A stretch of DNA of 64,000 nt from Nitrospirota bacterium (GTDB lineage Bacteria > Nitrospirota > UBA9217). This document shows, one piece after another, positions 32,931 through 43,538 of the stretch. Where the stretch lies: the NCBI GenBank assembly GCA_963737155.1, contig CAVTRN010000001.1, positions 160,001-224,000 of the forward strand, written 5' to 3'. The position numbers and the translations under genes were made by a program. The notes beneath the pieces are model-generated. The model made no database searches and was not told the origin of the DNA. It saw only the letters and a program-made list of their open reading frames with translations. Each line of letters begins with the position of its first letter. Position 1 is the stretch's first letter.

Positions 32931-34109
32931 ATGGAACAAAACACCGCCAAATCTATTGCTCAAGATATAATGTCTGATTTTGCCAAATTGACCGGACTAT
33001 TATCGGCCAGGGAAGTTCCTCGGCGCTACCTATGGACTGATTCTTTTGCCGTCTGCAACTTCGTCGAGCTGTATCGTCAAACGGGTGATAATCAATATAG
33101 GCGGCTCGCTCTGCACCTCGTCGATCAGGTTCACAACGTACTCGGACGACACCGTGACGATGATCCGAGAACTGGCTGGATAAGCGATCTCGATGAGCAG
33201 GAGGGCAAAATGCACCCCACAAGAGGCGGGCTCAGAATCGGGAAGGAAATCAACGAACGCAGACCCGATGATCCTTATAATGTACGGCTGGAATGGGATC
33301 GAGACGGACAGTACTATCATTACCTGACAAAATGGATGCATGCTCTCAATCGTGTAAGCCGGGTCACGGGAGATGCAATCTACAATAGATGGGCGATCGA
33401 GCTTGCAAAATCGGTCCATACCAAGTTTACCTACGTTCCGTCATCCGGTGGTCAGAAACGCATGTACTGGAAAATGAGCATAGACCTCTCATATCCACTT
33501 GTGACATCGATGGGGCAACACGATGCTCTCGACGGGTTCATCACATACCTCCAACTTCAAGCGACTGCGGCAAAAGATACTAAAAAATCCACAGGCCTTG
33601 ACCTCAGCTCGGAGATTACAGACATGGCCAATATTTGTCATGGAAAAAGTTGGGCAACAAACGATCCCCTGGGTATTGGCGAACTCTTGAGTACTGCATA
33701 CAAACTTGCACAATTGATAATCCTCGACAAAGCTTTTGAACAAGCCGATCTTTTGGACCTTATATTGGCTTCTTCCCTGACTGGATTGCAAGCCTATGCG
33801 AGAGAAAACCCCTTGAAGCTTCCGGCAAATTACCGGCTGGCATTTCGGGAGTTGGGATTGTCCATTGGATTACATGCAGTCGAGAAGCTGTTAGGATTGA
33901 TTGAGCAAATCCCGCGCAATTTCAACATGAAACATCGGCTGCATTCGCGGACTGATAGCCTGATGCAGTATGCACCTCTTCGTAATAGTATCGAGGCTTA
34001 TTGGCTTGAATCCACGAACAGAGAAGCAAGCGATTGGATGTCACATCGTGATATCAACATGGTAATGCTTGCAACCAGTCTGGCGCCTGACGGGTATCTC
34101 TTGCTTTAA
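32931..34109 (+). CDS. Conserved hypothetical protein (possible alpha/alpha-toroid, glycosidase-like fold)
   Basis: RRYLWTD, GGLRIGK, DGQYYHYLTKWMHAL, YWKMS, RLAFRELG and HRDINMVM motifs; fold is inferred. Confidence 0.75.
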   Translation: MEQNTAKSIAQDIMSDFAKLTGLLSAREVPRRYLWTDSFAVCNFVELYRQTGDNQYRRLALHLVDQVHNVLGRHRDDDPRTGWISDLDEQEGKMHPTRGGLRIGKEINERRPDDPYNVRLEWDRDGQYYHYLTKWMHALNRVSRVTGDAIYNRWAIELAKSVHTKFTYVPSSGGQKRMYWKMSIDLSYPLVTSMGQHDALDGFITYLQLQATAAKDTKKSTGLDLSSEITDMANICHGKSWATNDPLGIGELLSTAYKLAQLIILDKAFEQADLLDLILASSLTGLQAYARENPLKLPANYRLAFRELGLSIGLHAVEKLLGLIEQIPRNFNMKHRLHSRTDSLMQYAPLRNSIEAYWLESTNREASDWMSHRDINMVMLATSLAPDGYLLL

Positions 34110-34156
34110 TAAATCAGTCGAAGCCGCGGTATCCTGGCTTCAACCCTTTTATCATC

Positions 34157-34260
34157 CAAGCCGTATAACCCCGTCTGTTCAGGTCGGGGATATGAGGCGC
34201 TGGTTGCGAAGCACCAGATAAGTACCGTCCATCTTGTCCACTTTTAGTCATGGCGGGATT
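34157..34260. mobile_element. IS200/IS605-end-like palindromic relic
   Basis: AACCCCGTCTGTTCAGGTCGGGGATATGAGGCG imperfect hairpin plus CTGGTTGCGAAGCACCAG hairpin; no transposase. Confidence 0.45.
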
Positions 34261-34404
34261 TGCACCTGCAAGCATGTACGTTCCTACGCCGGCGCGCTCA
34301 AGAGAAAAGCCTCTCCTCTTGTCCGCAAATAGTATTGAATTGTCATTTTGTTTCTGATAGAGTTAAACGCGCTATTAAACTTCAACTATCGGGAGGTAAA
34401 GATT

Positions 34405-35640
34405 ATGAAAAAAATTGCGGTTGTTCTCCTTATGATGTGTTTGATGGTAACTCAGGCGGTGGCGGCAGATACGATCAAGATAGCGATTACCGGTCCCTTC
34501 ACAGGAGGGTCGGCACCCATGGGCGCATCCATGCGTGACGGTGCAAAGCTGGCCATCGCCGAGATCAATGCGGCCGGCGGCGTGCTGGTTGGCGACAAGA
34601 AGATGAAGTTCGAGGTCATTGAGCGTGACGACGAGGCCAAGAACGAACGGGGAGCGCTGATTGCCCAGGAGCTGGCATCAATGAGCGACTTGTCCGGGGT
34701 TATCGGCTCGGTGAACACCGGGGTGGTTATGGCCGGGGACAGACACCTGCAGGAGAAAGGGATCACCAAAATCATTACCCCTGCTGCCGGATCGTCGTCC
34801 ATGACGCAGTGGAGCAAGGCGGGCGTAAAGGACCTTTCGATCTTCCGATTCGCCGCTCATGATGGGATCCAGTCGGCCATGGTGGTGGAAGAGGCTATCA
34901 ACAGGAAGTTCACGAAAGTGGCGATCCTGCACGACTCCACGAACTATGGCGTGTCGGGGCGGGATGACCTGCTGAACCAGATCAAGATCCAGGGAAACAA
35001 GCTTGCGGTCGTTGCTGTCGAGAAGTTCAACATCGGTGACAAGGACATGACCGCGCAGCTCGTGAAGGCGAAATCAGGCGGGGCCGAGGCAATCCTTATT
35101 TGGGGCATCGGTCCGGAACTGGCAGCGGTCGCGAATGGCATGGCGAAGCTGGGCATGAATGAACCGCTTATCGGCGGTTGGACGCTCTCCATGTCCAACT
35201 ATATCGACAACGCCGGCAAGAACGGTGATGGTACGCTGATGCCGCAGACTTTTATCGAGGAGCCGGTCACGCCGCAGGCGAAGAAGTTCATCAAAGCATA
35301 CCACAAGGCATACAACGTCACAAGGATCCCGTCCCCGGTTTCTGCCGCCCAGGGATATGATGCGGTCTATATCTTTGCTGCTGCCGTAAAGCAGGCGAAG
35401 AGCACAGACACACACAAGATCAAGGAAGCCCTGGAGGACCTGAAGGATCCGGTCTACGGCGTCATCGCCACTTGGTACAAGCCCTTTAGCAAGTGGGACC
35501 CTGCGAACGAGGACACGCATGAGGCCTTCCGCCGTGCACAGGTCATGATGGGCATGGTTAAGGACGGCAGAGTGGTGTTCGCCAACGACTCTGACCGGCA
35601 GCGGTTGATCAAGGACGCAACGGTCCGGAAAGGCGAGTAA
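34405..35640 (+). CDS. Branched-chain amino acid-type ABC transporter substrate-binding protein (LivK-like)
   Basis: Signal peptide; IKIAITGPFTG, EINAAGG, HDSTNYG and AQGYDAVY motifs; GGAGG RBS. Confidence 0.92.
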   Translation: MKKIAVVLLMMCLMVTQAVAADTIKIAITGPFTGGSAPMGASMRDGAKLAIAEINAAGGVLVGDKKMKFEVIERDDEAKNERGALIAQELASMSDLSGVIGSVNTGVVMAGDRHLQEKGITKIITPAAGSSSMTQWSKAGVKDLSIFRFAAHDGIQSAMVVEEAINRKFTKVAILHDSTNYGVSGRDDLLNQIKIQGNKLAVVAVEKFNIGDKDMTAQLVKAKSGGAEAILIWGIGPELAAVANGMAKLGMNEPLIGGWTLSMSNYIDNAGKNGDGTLMPQTFIEEPVTPQAKKFIKAYHKAYNVTRIPSPVSAAQGYDAVYIFAAAVKQAKSTDTHKIKEALEDLKDPVYGVIATWYKPFSKWDPANEDTHEAFRRAQVMMGMVKDGRVVFANDSDRQRLIKDATVRKGE

Positions 35641-35676
35641 GATGCCGTTCTCTTCATCCTCTGTGGAGAACCGTTC

Positions 35677-36555
35677 ATGAACGTTGCTATCGTTGGGCAG
35701 CTGGCCGTTAGCGGGGCACTGATGGGCCTCGTCTATGCCTTGATAGCCTATGGTTTCCAGCTCACCTATGCAACGAGCAAGAGCATTAATTTCGGCCAGG
35801 GCGAAATGGTTATGGTCTGCGCTTTTTTCAGTCTTACCTTGACCAACTTGGGACTGCCCTACTGGCTCATGGTCCCCGGGGGTCTGCTCTTCGGCGTGTT
35901 CCTCGGCCTGTTCGTGGAGCGAGCCGCGGTTCGCCTTGCTCTGGAACAGAAGAGCGAGGGGTGGATCCTGCTGACCATCATCCTGGGCCTGTTCTTCTTC
36001 TCGGCGGCGGAGAACATCTGGGGCCGCGACGATCGGCCCTTCCCGACGCCCATCCCATCAGAAGCATTACACATATTCGGCATCAGCATCACTCCCCTCG
36101 AAATCTCCGTGGCTGTGGGCGTCTTCGCCATTATGGGGCTGATCGAGCTGTTCAAGCGCACAACCTTGCTCGGCAAGGCATTCGAAGCAGTCTCGGTGGA
36201 TCGCGACGCTGCAGAGCTGATGGGCATCTCCGCCACACGTACGGTCATGTTGTCGTACGGTCTGTCCGGTTTGTCCGCGTCAGTTGCCGGCATCCTAGTC
36301 TCTCCCATAACGACTGTTGGCCCAACCATGGCGTCGGTCCTGGTGTTAAAGGCTTTCTCGGTGGCAGTCGTCGCCGGGCTAGATTCCGGCTTCGGGGTGG
36401 TTCTGGTGGGTTTATTCCTTGGCTCCCTCGAAAGCCTCACGAGCTTCTACATCGGGAGCGGCTGGCGTGAAGCGCCTGGCTTGGCGCTCCTCATCCTTGC
36501 TCTTGCCGTTCGGCCCACGGGCGTGTTCGGCAAAGCCGTTATTCGGAAAGTGTGA
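35677..36555 (+). CDS. Branched-chain amino acid ABC permease (LivH-like)
   Basis: YALIAYGFQL..INFGQGE; AAELMGI; VRPTGVFG. Confidence 0.92.
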   Translation: MNVAIVGQLAVSGALMGLVYALIAYGFQLTYATSKSINFGQGEMVMVCAFFSLTLTNLGLPYWLMVPGGLLFGVFLGLFVERAAVRLALEQKSEGWILLTIILGLFFFSAAENIWGRDDRPFPTPIPSEALHIFGISITPLEISVAVGVFAIMGLIELFKRTTLLGKAFEAVSVDRDAAELMGISATRTVMLSYGLSGLSASVAGILVSPITTVGPTMASVLVLKAFSVAVVAGLDSGFGVVLVGLFLGSLESLTSFYIGSGWREAPGLALLILALAVRPTGVFGKAVIRKV

Positions 36556-36562
36556 CACATCG

Positions 36563-38482
36563 ATGGTGAAACGTGTATTGCTGATCTACGGGGCCGAAAT
36601 CCTGGCTCTGCTCCTGCTTGCAGCAGTCCCGCTGCTCGTGAAAAATCCTTTTGCCCTGGGCTTGCTCACGCTCCTGGCGATCTACGGCATTCTGCTGATC
36701 GGCCTCGATGTGACCGTGGGGTACTTGGGGCAGATAAACCTGGCTCAAGCGGCCTTTCTTGGGCTCGGCGCGTACACGGCGGGTCTAGCGGTCACTTATT
36801 TCCATTTCGGCATGTTCAGTGCCCTTGTCGCGAGCTTCATGATCGGACTCGTGTTCGGAGGACTGCTTGCGTTCCCCGCGCTCCGGCTGGAAGGTCCACA
36901 GTTCGCATTGGCGACGCTCAGCTTTTCCGCGCTTGTCGCGACCAGCCTGAACGAATGGGAATCGGTAACCAATGGAGCCCAGGGACTGAGCCTCATACGG
37001 CCCCCGGTGTTCGGCGTCAGTCTCTCCGCACAGGATTTCTACTGGCTCTGCCTGGCTGTATTGGCACTTGTCTGGATGGCCATGCAAAATTTGCTTACTT
37101 CGCAATGGGGACGGGCCTTTGAAGCGCTTCGTGACAGCCCCATCGCCACCGATGCCATGGGCATCGGCACTTACCGGCACAAGGCCGCGGCCTTTGCCTT
37201 CGGCTCCGCACTGGGAGGACTTGCCGGCGGGCTCTACGCGTTCAATTTTCAGTATCTTCAGCCTCAGAGCTTTGTCTATGAATTGATGGTTATCCTGTTG
37301 CTCGGCGTCGTGCTCGGAGGCAGGAAGAGCCTCTGGGGCGCTATTGTTGGTGCTACGCTCATCGTCCTGCTCCCTAATCTCCTATCGAACCGCCTCTTGT
37401 TCCAGGTCTTCTCCTTTGCCGGCCTCTTCATCGCGGTGGCGGCAGGCGGCCGTGCCTATCGTCGCAATACGGCGAGGCCATTCCAGGTCCTCGCACCAAT
37501 CATCGCGATGGGTATGCTCGTTCTGGTCGCGATCTTTGTCCAGAACATCGAGGACCTGCGCAAGGCCATTTTCGCCTTGATGCTTTTTTCCGTGGTCGTC
37601 GGGCTTCCCGAGGGGCTCATGGGCTTTGCCGCCCGGTTCCTGTCAAAGCTCTTTCGAATTGCTCCCGCTTCTCTTGCCGGGGCTGCTCCGCTAGACAGCG
37701 TGTTGACGAAAAGAGAGTGCGATGAAAGCACGCTGCTTGAACTGCGGGAACTGAAGAGGAACTTCGGCGGCGTGCGTGCAGTGGACGGTGTCTCAATGAT
37801 CGTTCGCTGTGGGCAGACACACGGTCTGATCGGACCGAACGGATCGGGCAAAAGCACGCTCGTAAATGTCATCTCCGGCCTGTATGCTCCGAGCAGCGGG
37901 ACAATCCTCCTCAAGAGCGCGAAGCTACCGACGGGAAGCCTCTACCGCGCGGCGCAGAAGGGAATCTCGCGGACCTTCCAGAACCTGCAGATCTTTGCGG
38001 AACTGAGCGCGCTCGACAACGTCATGGTGGCCATGAAGGACACCTACCATAAGGGTCTCGCATTGGTGTTACTCGGTTTCGGACGTCACGAGGAACGGTG
38101 CGCCCAGTCCAGTGCCCTGGCATTGCTGAAACTGGTCGGGCTCCTCGATGAGGCCCGGACGCCTGCCAAGGACCTTCCCTACGGCGCCCAGCGGTTCCTC
38201 GAGATCGCCCGAGCACTGGCGCGCAACCCCGACCTGCTGATCCTGGACGAGCCTGCCGCAGGGCTTGCCCATCCCGACGTCAAGAAACTGGTGGAGATCA
38301 TCCGGAACATTCACCACATCGGCATCACTACCATCCTGATCGACCATCATATGGAAGTCGTTGGCGAGCTCTGCGATGTCGTGACGGTGCTGGACGGCGG
38401 TCAGGTGATCGCAGAGGGGAAACCCGAGGACGTGAAGCGGAATCCCAAGGTAATCGCAGCGTACATCGGGACGACTGCGTGA
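36563..38482 (+). CDS. Fused ABC permease / ATP-binding protein (LivM-LivG-like)
   Basis: Permease half (GYLGQINLAQAAF) followed by Walker A GPNGSGKS and LILDEPAAG. Confidence 0.92.
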   Translation: MVKRVLLIYGAEILALLLLAAVPLLVKNPFALGLLTLLAIYGILLIGLDVTVGYLGQINLAQAAFLGLGAYTAGLAVTYFHFGMFSALVASFMIGLVFGGLLAFPALRLEGPQFALATLSFSALVATSLNEWESVTNGAQGLSLIRPPVFGVSLSAQDFYWLCLAVLALVWMAMQNLLTSQWGRAFEALRDSPIATDAMGIGTYRHKAAAFAFGSALGGLAGGLYAFNFQYLQPQSFVYELMVILLLGVVLGGRKSLWGAIVGATLIVLLPNLLSNRLLFQVFSFAGLFIAVAAGGRAYRRNTARPFQVLAPIIAMGMLVLVAIFVQNIEDLRKAIFALMLFSVVVGLPEGLMGFAARFLSKLFRIAPASLAGAAPLDSVLTKRECDESTLLELRELKRNFGGVRAVDGVSMIVRCGQTHGLIGPNGSGKSTLVNVISGLYAPSSGTILLKSAKLPTGSLYRAAQKGISRTFQNLQIFAELSALDNVMVAMKDTYHKGLALVLLGFGRHEERCAQSSALALLKLVGLLDEARTPAKDLPYGAQRFLEIARALARNPDLLILDEPAAGLAHPDVKKLVEIIRNIHHIGITTILIDHHMEVVGELCDVVTVLDGGQVIAEGKPEDVKRNPKVIAAYIGTTA

Positions 38483-38629
38483 GGTTCAAGACAGAAGGCA
38501 GGAAAATGGGCGCTTAGGAAGGTAAGCATAAGCATCAAAATCGGCTTCTGCTGGGAATCTTCGCTTCCCCTGCTCCTCTGCAAGTGGACGTCTTTTGTGT
38601 TCGGCTTTACTGGACAGGAAAAAAATCTT

Positions 38630-39346
38630 ATGCTTATAGTCGACAACGTTTATGCCGGATACGGCGCCAGTGAAGTACTGGTCGGCACCTCACTCGAGGT
38701 TAAGAAAGGGACACTCGTCGCCCTGATAGGTCCGAATGGGGCGGGAAAGACCACGACCATGCGCACGATCTCAGGGATTATAAAGCCGACAAAAGGCAGT
38801 GTCCTGCTCGACACGAAGCCGGTGCATGGCATGGACGCGTTCCACATCGCCAGGCTCGGTCTTGCCCATGTGCCCGAGGGAAGACGCGTGTTCGGTCCTC
38901 TATCCGTTGAGGACAATCTATTACTGGGTGCCTATCGATGGCTGCCCGTGCTCTTTGGCTTTCACAAGAAGGCAAAGACTGATCTGGAGCGGATATACGA
39001 GATGTTTCCCCGGCTTCGGGAACGTAAGCGGCAGGCAGCAGGCACACTGTCGGGCGGGGAGCAGCAGATGCTTGCCATCGGTCGCGCGCTCATGGCCAAT
39101 CCCAAGGTCATATTGATGGATGAGCCATCAATGGGGCTTGCACCGGTGATCGTGGAGGAGGTCTTTGCCACAATCCGACGTCTGAAGGAGAGCGGGACCC
39201 CCCTGCTGCTCGTGGAGCAAATGCCCAACAAGGCATTGGAAGTGGCGGACTACGTCTACGTAATGGAGCACGGCAGGATTGTGGTCCAAGGTAAACCAGA
39301 TGCGCTCCGTAAAGAAGAGCGAGTCATTGCGGCATATCTGGGTTAA
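38630..39346 (+). CDS. ABC ATP-binding protein (LivF-like)
   Basis: GPNGAGKT, HVPEGRRVF, LSGGEQQM and MDEPSMGLAP motifs. Confidence 0.93.
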   Translation: MLIVDNVYAGYGASEVLVGTSLEVKKGTLVALIGPNGAGKTTTMRTISGIIKPTKGSVLLDTKPVHGMDAFHIARLGLAHVPEGRRVFGPLSVEDNLLLGAYRWLPVLFGFHKKAKTDLERIYEMFPRLRERKRQAAGTLSGGEQQMLAIGRALMANPKVILMDEPSMGLAPVIVEEVFATIRRLKESGTPLLLVEQMPNKALEVADYVYVMEHGRIVVQGKPDALRKEERVIAAYLG

Positions 39347-39697
39347 TAGGCAGAGATCTTTTGGGTACTTTTTATTCCTAAAACAATTGATACGATGGTT
39401 TCATTCAAAATCAAAAGTGCTTCAATTTTTCATCAACCCATGGGGGAGAATTCAAACCGCTCCCGCTCCGCAGTTACCACAACTTTTGATAATATATTGA
39501 TTTTTAAATACTGATTCAATTTTCAGCTACCGAATTTGATCCATATGCTTATCACTTCTCGATTTTCTTTGAGAAGTAATCCGGAATTCCTTTAATTTTA
39601 ATATATGAACTAAGTACTTCCCGAATTGTGCAAATCCTACAGACTTCGGGAAGGAGAATTGACTGTTAACTTCGAACGAAATACTGGCATCAAGAAG

Positions 39698-40750
39698 TTA
39701 TTTTGCGTTATCGATATCTGGCGTGCTTAACGAGAGGGTGTTGCCCCCGCTGGAGCTAACTGCGGGGAACCACTTTTTCAGTTCCACTTTTTCCCATGTC
39801 TTATCAGGGTTATATGTTTTCATAGCCTTTGCTATCCCTACTGTCTTTGGCCCAAGGTCCTTTTCATATACAACACCCTGTTGGTTAACCGTGAAAGTCA
39901 TAATCCCCGAAACGCCGTACTGTGCAGGATATGCCACCAAGCCGAAACCTCTTACCATTTTGCCATTGACTACATAATCAATTTTACCACCGGGGGCATT
40001 GCGGCCCTGACTTTTCAGGATCCTGAAATAATATCCGTGGTAAGGTGTGGGCTTTTCTCCTTTCCTAAATGTGTATCCTTCTTCAGATGCACGGGCGATT
40101 AGTGGCCCCAGAGGGCTACTTTCCTTTCCAGGAGCAGTTTCCCAGTACAGGCCATCCTTTTTGTCCTTATGGCTCAGAAAGTGTTGCGCATATTGTGGTA
40201 CGGCGTTCCCATTGCGTTCCTTACTACCATACTCGCGCTGAGCAACCACATAAGTGAGTGAAACCTGAATAGTATTCAATTCGTTTCTGCCTATTCTCCG
40301 ATTTATGATCTCTTCCTTACCATCTCGTGTAGAAAAAATCCAATCCTGTCCTGACTTCACAATGGGGATCGGGAAGCACCATCCGTCTTTTCCGATATAA
40401 ACTAGTATTGTCTTGTCGTCAAATTTTGAAAACTTAACTCCCTCTGCCACGGTTTTAGCGAAACGATGACGTGCCTGCGTATCGGCAATGGCATCGCCAG
40501 AGGATATGATATCCTTGCTCTCTGGCCCGAAAATAGCCAACAATGCTTTGGTGTCATCGTTCTTGTCTGCCTCCAAGAGCGCATTGAATGCGTCTTGCGG
40601 AGACTTGAACTCTCTTTGTTTTATATCCTGGGCAGAAACACGAAAACCAAAAGTCGTTACTACAATTACGACCATCAACGCTGCTAAATCACGACAAAAG
40701 AAATGGGTTTTTGCTTTTGATTGACTGCTGAACATCATTCTTTCCTCCAT
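39698..40750 (-). CDS. DUF2950 family exported protein
   Basis: FPIPIVK, EEIINRRIGRNE, DGLYWE, PYHGYYFRIL and AYPAQYGVSGIMTF motifs. Confidence 0.88.
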   Translation of the reverse strand: MEERMMFSSQSKAKTHFFCRDLAALMVVIVVTTFGFRVSAQDIKQREFKSPQDAFNALLEADKNDDTKALLAIFGPESKDIISSGDAIADTQARHRFAKTVAEGVKFSKFDDKTILVYIGKDGWCFPIPIVKSGQDWIFSTRDGKEEIINRRIGRNELNTIQVSLTYVVAQREYGSKERNGNAVPQYAQHFLSHKDKKDGLYWETAPGKESSPLGPLIARASEEGYTFRKGEKPTPYHGYYFRILKSQGRNAPGGKIDYVVNGKMVRGFGLVAYPAQYGVSGIMTFTVNQQGVVYEKDLGPKTVGIAKAMKTYNPDKTWEKVELKKWFPAVSSSGGNTLSLSTPDIDNAK

Positions 40751-40831
40751 AAATCAACAACACTATAATATTTCATTCACGTGTTTACCATCCGAGAGAT
40801 GACAACGGGTAGCCGAGGGGACTACCTAGTC

Positions 40832-41872
40832 TCATCTAGAACGCCCACCACCGCCATGGTATCCACCACCGCCGCCACCCCCACGGGGAACTCCTCCACC
40901 GCCACGGGTGCCCCCCCCACCGACAGATGTTCTAGCGGGGATTTGACCAGCTCGGGTGCGGCTTTGGAACCCACGGTCGCTCGCGGCCCGCTCAATCTGG
41001 CTGTTATTGGCGCGCTCAAAAGCATTTGAGCGAGTTTCAGCAGGAGGTCCTGACACACCGTAGCCCCGGAATTGTCCAATTGCCTGTGCACCTCTCTGGG
41101 CAGAAGGACTGGACCTTTGCATTCCTCTCGTTTCAGCAAAAGTTCCACCACTCACTCTGTTTGCGGGATCTAGGCGCGCCATCCGACCAGTTGCGGGATC
41201 GCGAAAATGATTGCTGATGAATCCTCTGTGCCCATGCCAATACACGCCATGGTCAAAGTCTACGAGAACAAAAAAACCCGGGAACCAGAAATCCGACCAC
41301 CAAAAAGGATAAGGAACCCAAGTATAAAGATATGCATAATCAGGAGGTGGAGAGTAGTACGTCACAATGGGGGGACCTTCAGTGTCGTAATAATTATTTA
41401 GATCGCCGGCATCAGGGTAATTCGTGCCGGGGCCGGGTTCCGCACCCGCCACCTGGTCATCTGCAGGCCTTACAGGCACATTATTTCCATTTATGACCCC
41501 CTGAAAAGCCGCCATTACCGCATCTTTCCCCCCAAATAGCTTGCCGGCAGTGGCCGCTTCACTGACTGAAGCTTGTACCTCATCTATAACATCGGGCGTA
41601 ACCGGATAATCGGCGATCCACCCATTCCGGGGCATTACTCCGATGGAAGTCAATGTACTCTCGGCCTCGGTTTCCCCCATCCCGGTGCCAAGTTTAAGTG
41701 CTTCCGTGAGCGCAACTGCAAAATCTCCTTCACGCATAAGTGGCTGTGCAATAGGCGGGATTGCGGCGGCCGTCGTCTGGTATACCTGTGCAAATGCTGC
41801 TGCAGGAATCAAGAGCAACAGGCCTAGGATGAAAATTAACCCACTGAACAGTGATCTACTTCTCATAGACAT
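40832..41872 (-). CDS. Exported hypothetical protein with Tyr/Pro/Trp-rich middle and Gly/Arg-rich tail
   Basis: Signal peptide ending AFA; PPPDYAYLYTWVPYPFWW; GGGG tail. Confidence 0.75.
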   Translation of the reverse strand: MSMRSRSLFSGLIFILGLLLLIPAAAFAQVYQTTAAAIPPIAQPLMREGDFAVALTEALKLGTGMGETEAESTLTSIGVMPRNGWIADYPVTPDVIDEVQASVSEAATAGKLFGGKDAVMAAFQGVINGNNVPVRPADDQVAGAEPGPGTNYPDAGDLNNYYDTEGPPIVTYYSPPPDYAYLYTWVPYPFWWSDFWFPGFFVLVDFDHGVYWHGHRGFISNHFRDPATGRMARLDPANRVSGGTFAETRGMQRSSPSAQRGAQAIGQFRGYGVSGPPAETRSNAFERANNSQIERAASDRGFQSRTRAGQIPARTSVGGGGTRGGGGVPRGGGGGGGYHGGGGRSR

Positions 41873-42443
41873 TCTCCTTCCCCATCTGAGCCTACTTATA
41901 TTTTATCAAATAAAATATCATCACTACTAGCTTAGACACGGTATTTTACTTTTGGTGTAAATAGAAGAAAGTCTCTGAGTACCCATGGCGACTATGGGAA
42001 ACCTCCGGAAAATGAGTATGAGTAACATCAGCCGCCCTATTTTACAAATCAGATACTTCCGGAACTTAGTATGTGAAGAACCAAAATATAGCATTGAGAG
42101 AACAGAATAAACCAGCAGTTACGGTAGAAAGCCTCACATAATCAGTCAGTTAGTCCATACCATGTGAAAGCAGCCCTGCATCGCCATTTTGGGGGTTCCC
42201 ACACTAACGCTGAAGCGACATCATAATAAAGCCTGACAGATATGAGCGCGATGATATACGCACGCAGTATGAGGAGCAGACCAGTAACGAAATGCCGAAC
42301 GTCTGCGTACTTGCGGTTTGGCCGTGCGTAACTCTTTAAGATGTTCCAGGTATTATCCGTTACGTTGTCGCCTTCAATATGTGAAACAAATAGGCCTTTT
42401 TATTTTTTCATTTGAAATTTTGAATCGGACAGGAGTGATGAAG

Positions 42444-42494
42444 TCGGCAGGCACGTTCCATCATGATCTATGACATGAGTACAATGCCTGCCGA
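42444..42494. terminator. Inverted repeat downstream of tatA
   Basis: TCGGCAGGCA..TGCCTGCCGA. Confidence 0.45.
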
Positions 42495-42529
42495 TTTTTC
42501 GATGCGCGTCGGATACATAAAAAACCTTT

Positions 42530-42730
42530 TTATGCCTTTTTTTCCTCTTTTTGGTCAATCAACTTGGATTCCTCTTTTAGATCATCTTTTTCGTTCATGG
42601 CTTTCTTAAATGACCTTATACTTTTTCCCAATCCTTCCCCAATTTCAGGCAATTTCCCCGGGCCGAATATAATTAATACAATAAAAAGTATTAGGAGCAA
42701 GTGCATCGGTCGAAAAAGTCCTTCAAACAT
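42530..42730 (-). CDS. tatA: Twin-arginine translocase TatA/TatE subunit
   Basis: LIIFGPGKLPEIGEGLGKSIRSFKKAM; AGGAGG RBS before ATG 42730. Confidence 0.93.
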   Translation of the reverse strand: MFEGLFRPMHLLLILFIVLIIFGPGKLPEIGEGLGKSIRSFKKAMNEKDDLKEESKLIDQKEEKKA

Positions 42731-42740
42731 AAAACACCTC

Positions 42741-42973
42741 CTAGAAATAAGATTCCAGCAGCCCAACAACTTGATGCTGGCATGTCTGTTTATAGCGAGC
42801 GCTGAACATCGAGTTTATATCGTGTTTATTGTCAAAACAAGTCCTTTTTGGGAACAGGCCCCATTGCCCAGCCGCTATAGAGACAGCAAGTTTGCGGTAT
42901 GACTTACTTACTTTTACCACTTCTTTTCATTATCATTATTTGCGGAATGCTTAAGCTCACAGGCCTTAATCAT
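42741..42973 (-). pseudogene. Frameshifted, truncated TnpB-like N-terminus of the IS607 element
   Basis: ATG overlaps the tnpA end; MIKACELKHSAN.. then, in a shifted frame, KEVVKVSKSYRKLAVSIAAGQWGLF..MFSARYKQTCQHQVVGLLESYF*. Confidence 0.65.
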
Positions 42974-43538
42974 GCTTGCGCTCCGTCAATTGCTGAATAA
43001 TTATTTCTGCCTTGCGCTTGTATTTTCTCTGGCCATATATCCTGGCGCAAAAAGAAGTGATAATAGAGATAAGGTCTTGAAGGATTTCCTCCTTCTCATC
43101 TGTAACTTCATTGATCACTTCGATATCGCGCCCTTCATTCTTGAGAAGGACCTTGTACGCATTAAAACCAAATCGGGTAAAACGTTCCTTATGTTCCACG
43201 ACAATAAGAGTAATTGACTTATTTTGCAGAAGCTGCAGCCATTGTTTTCGCGTATCGTTAATGCCGGAGCCAACTTCCGCAATAACGTGAGAGACCTTAT
43301 ATCCCTTCGCAGCGCAGTAATCAAGAAGCCTTTGTTTTTGCGATTCCAGATTACTTTTATTCTCTGGCAATGACACTCTGCAGTAAATTGCCACGTTTAC
43401 TTCTAAAGGCTGGACGTCATCCCGGACAATCACCGTACCGGTATGAGTTTGGTATGCATTCAGTTTACCGGCACGATAATAGTTCCATGCGGTTTTGTAA
43501 GTTACCCCTAATTTTTTCGCATAATCAGATAACTTCAT
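42966..43538 (-). mobile_element. tnpA: IS607 family serine transposase TnpA
   Basis: N-terminal HTH MKLSDYAKKLGVTYKTAW; YCRVS catalytic Ser; EVGSGIN, VVEHKERFTRFG and ITSFCARIYG motifs. Confidence 0.93.

Noticed and set aside
42770-42900. Riboswitch-like leader upstream of tatA
   Set aside because: No c-di-GMP or other riboswitch consensus; better explained as tnpB coding remnant
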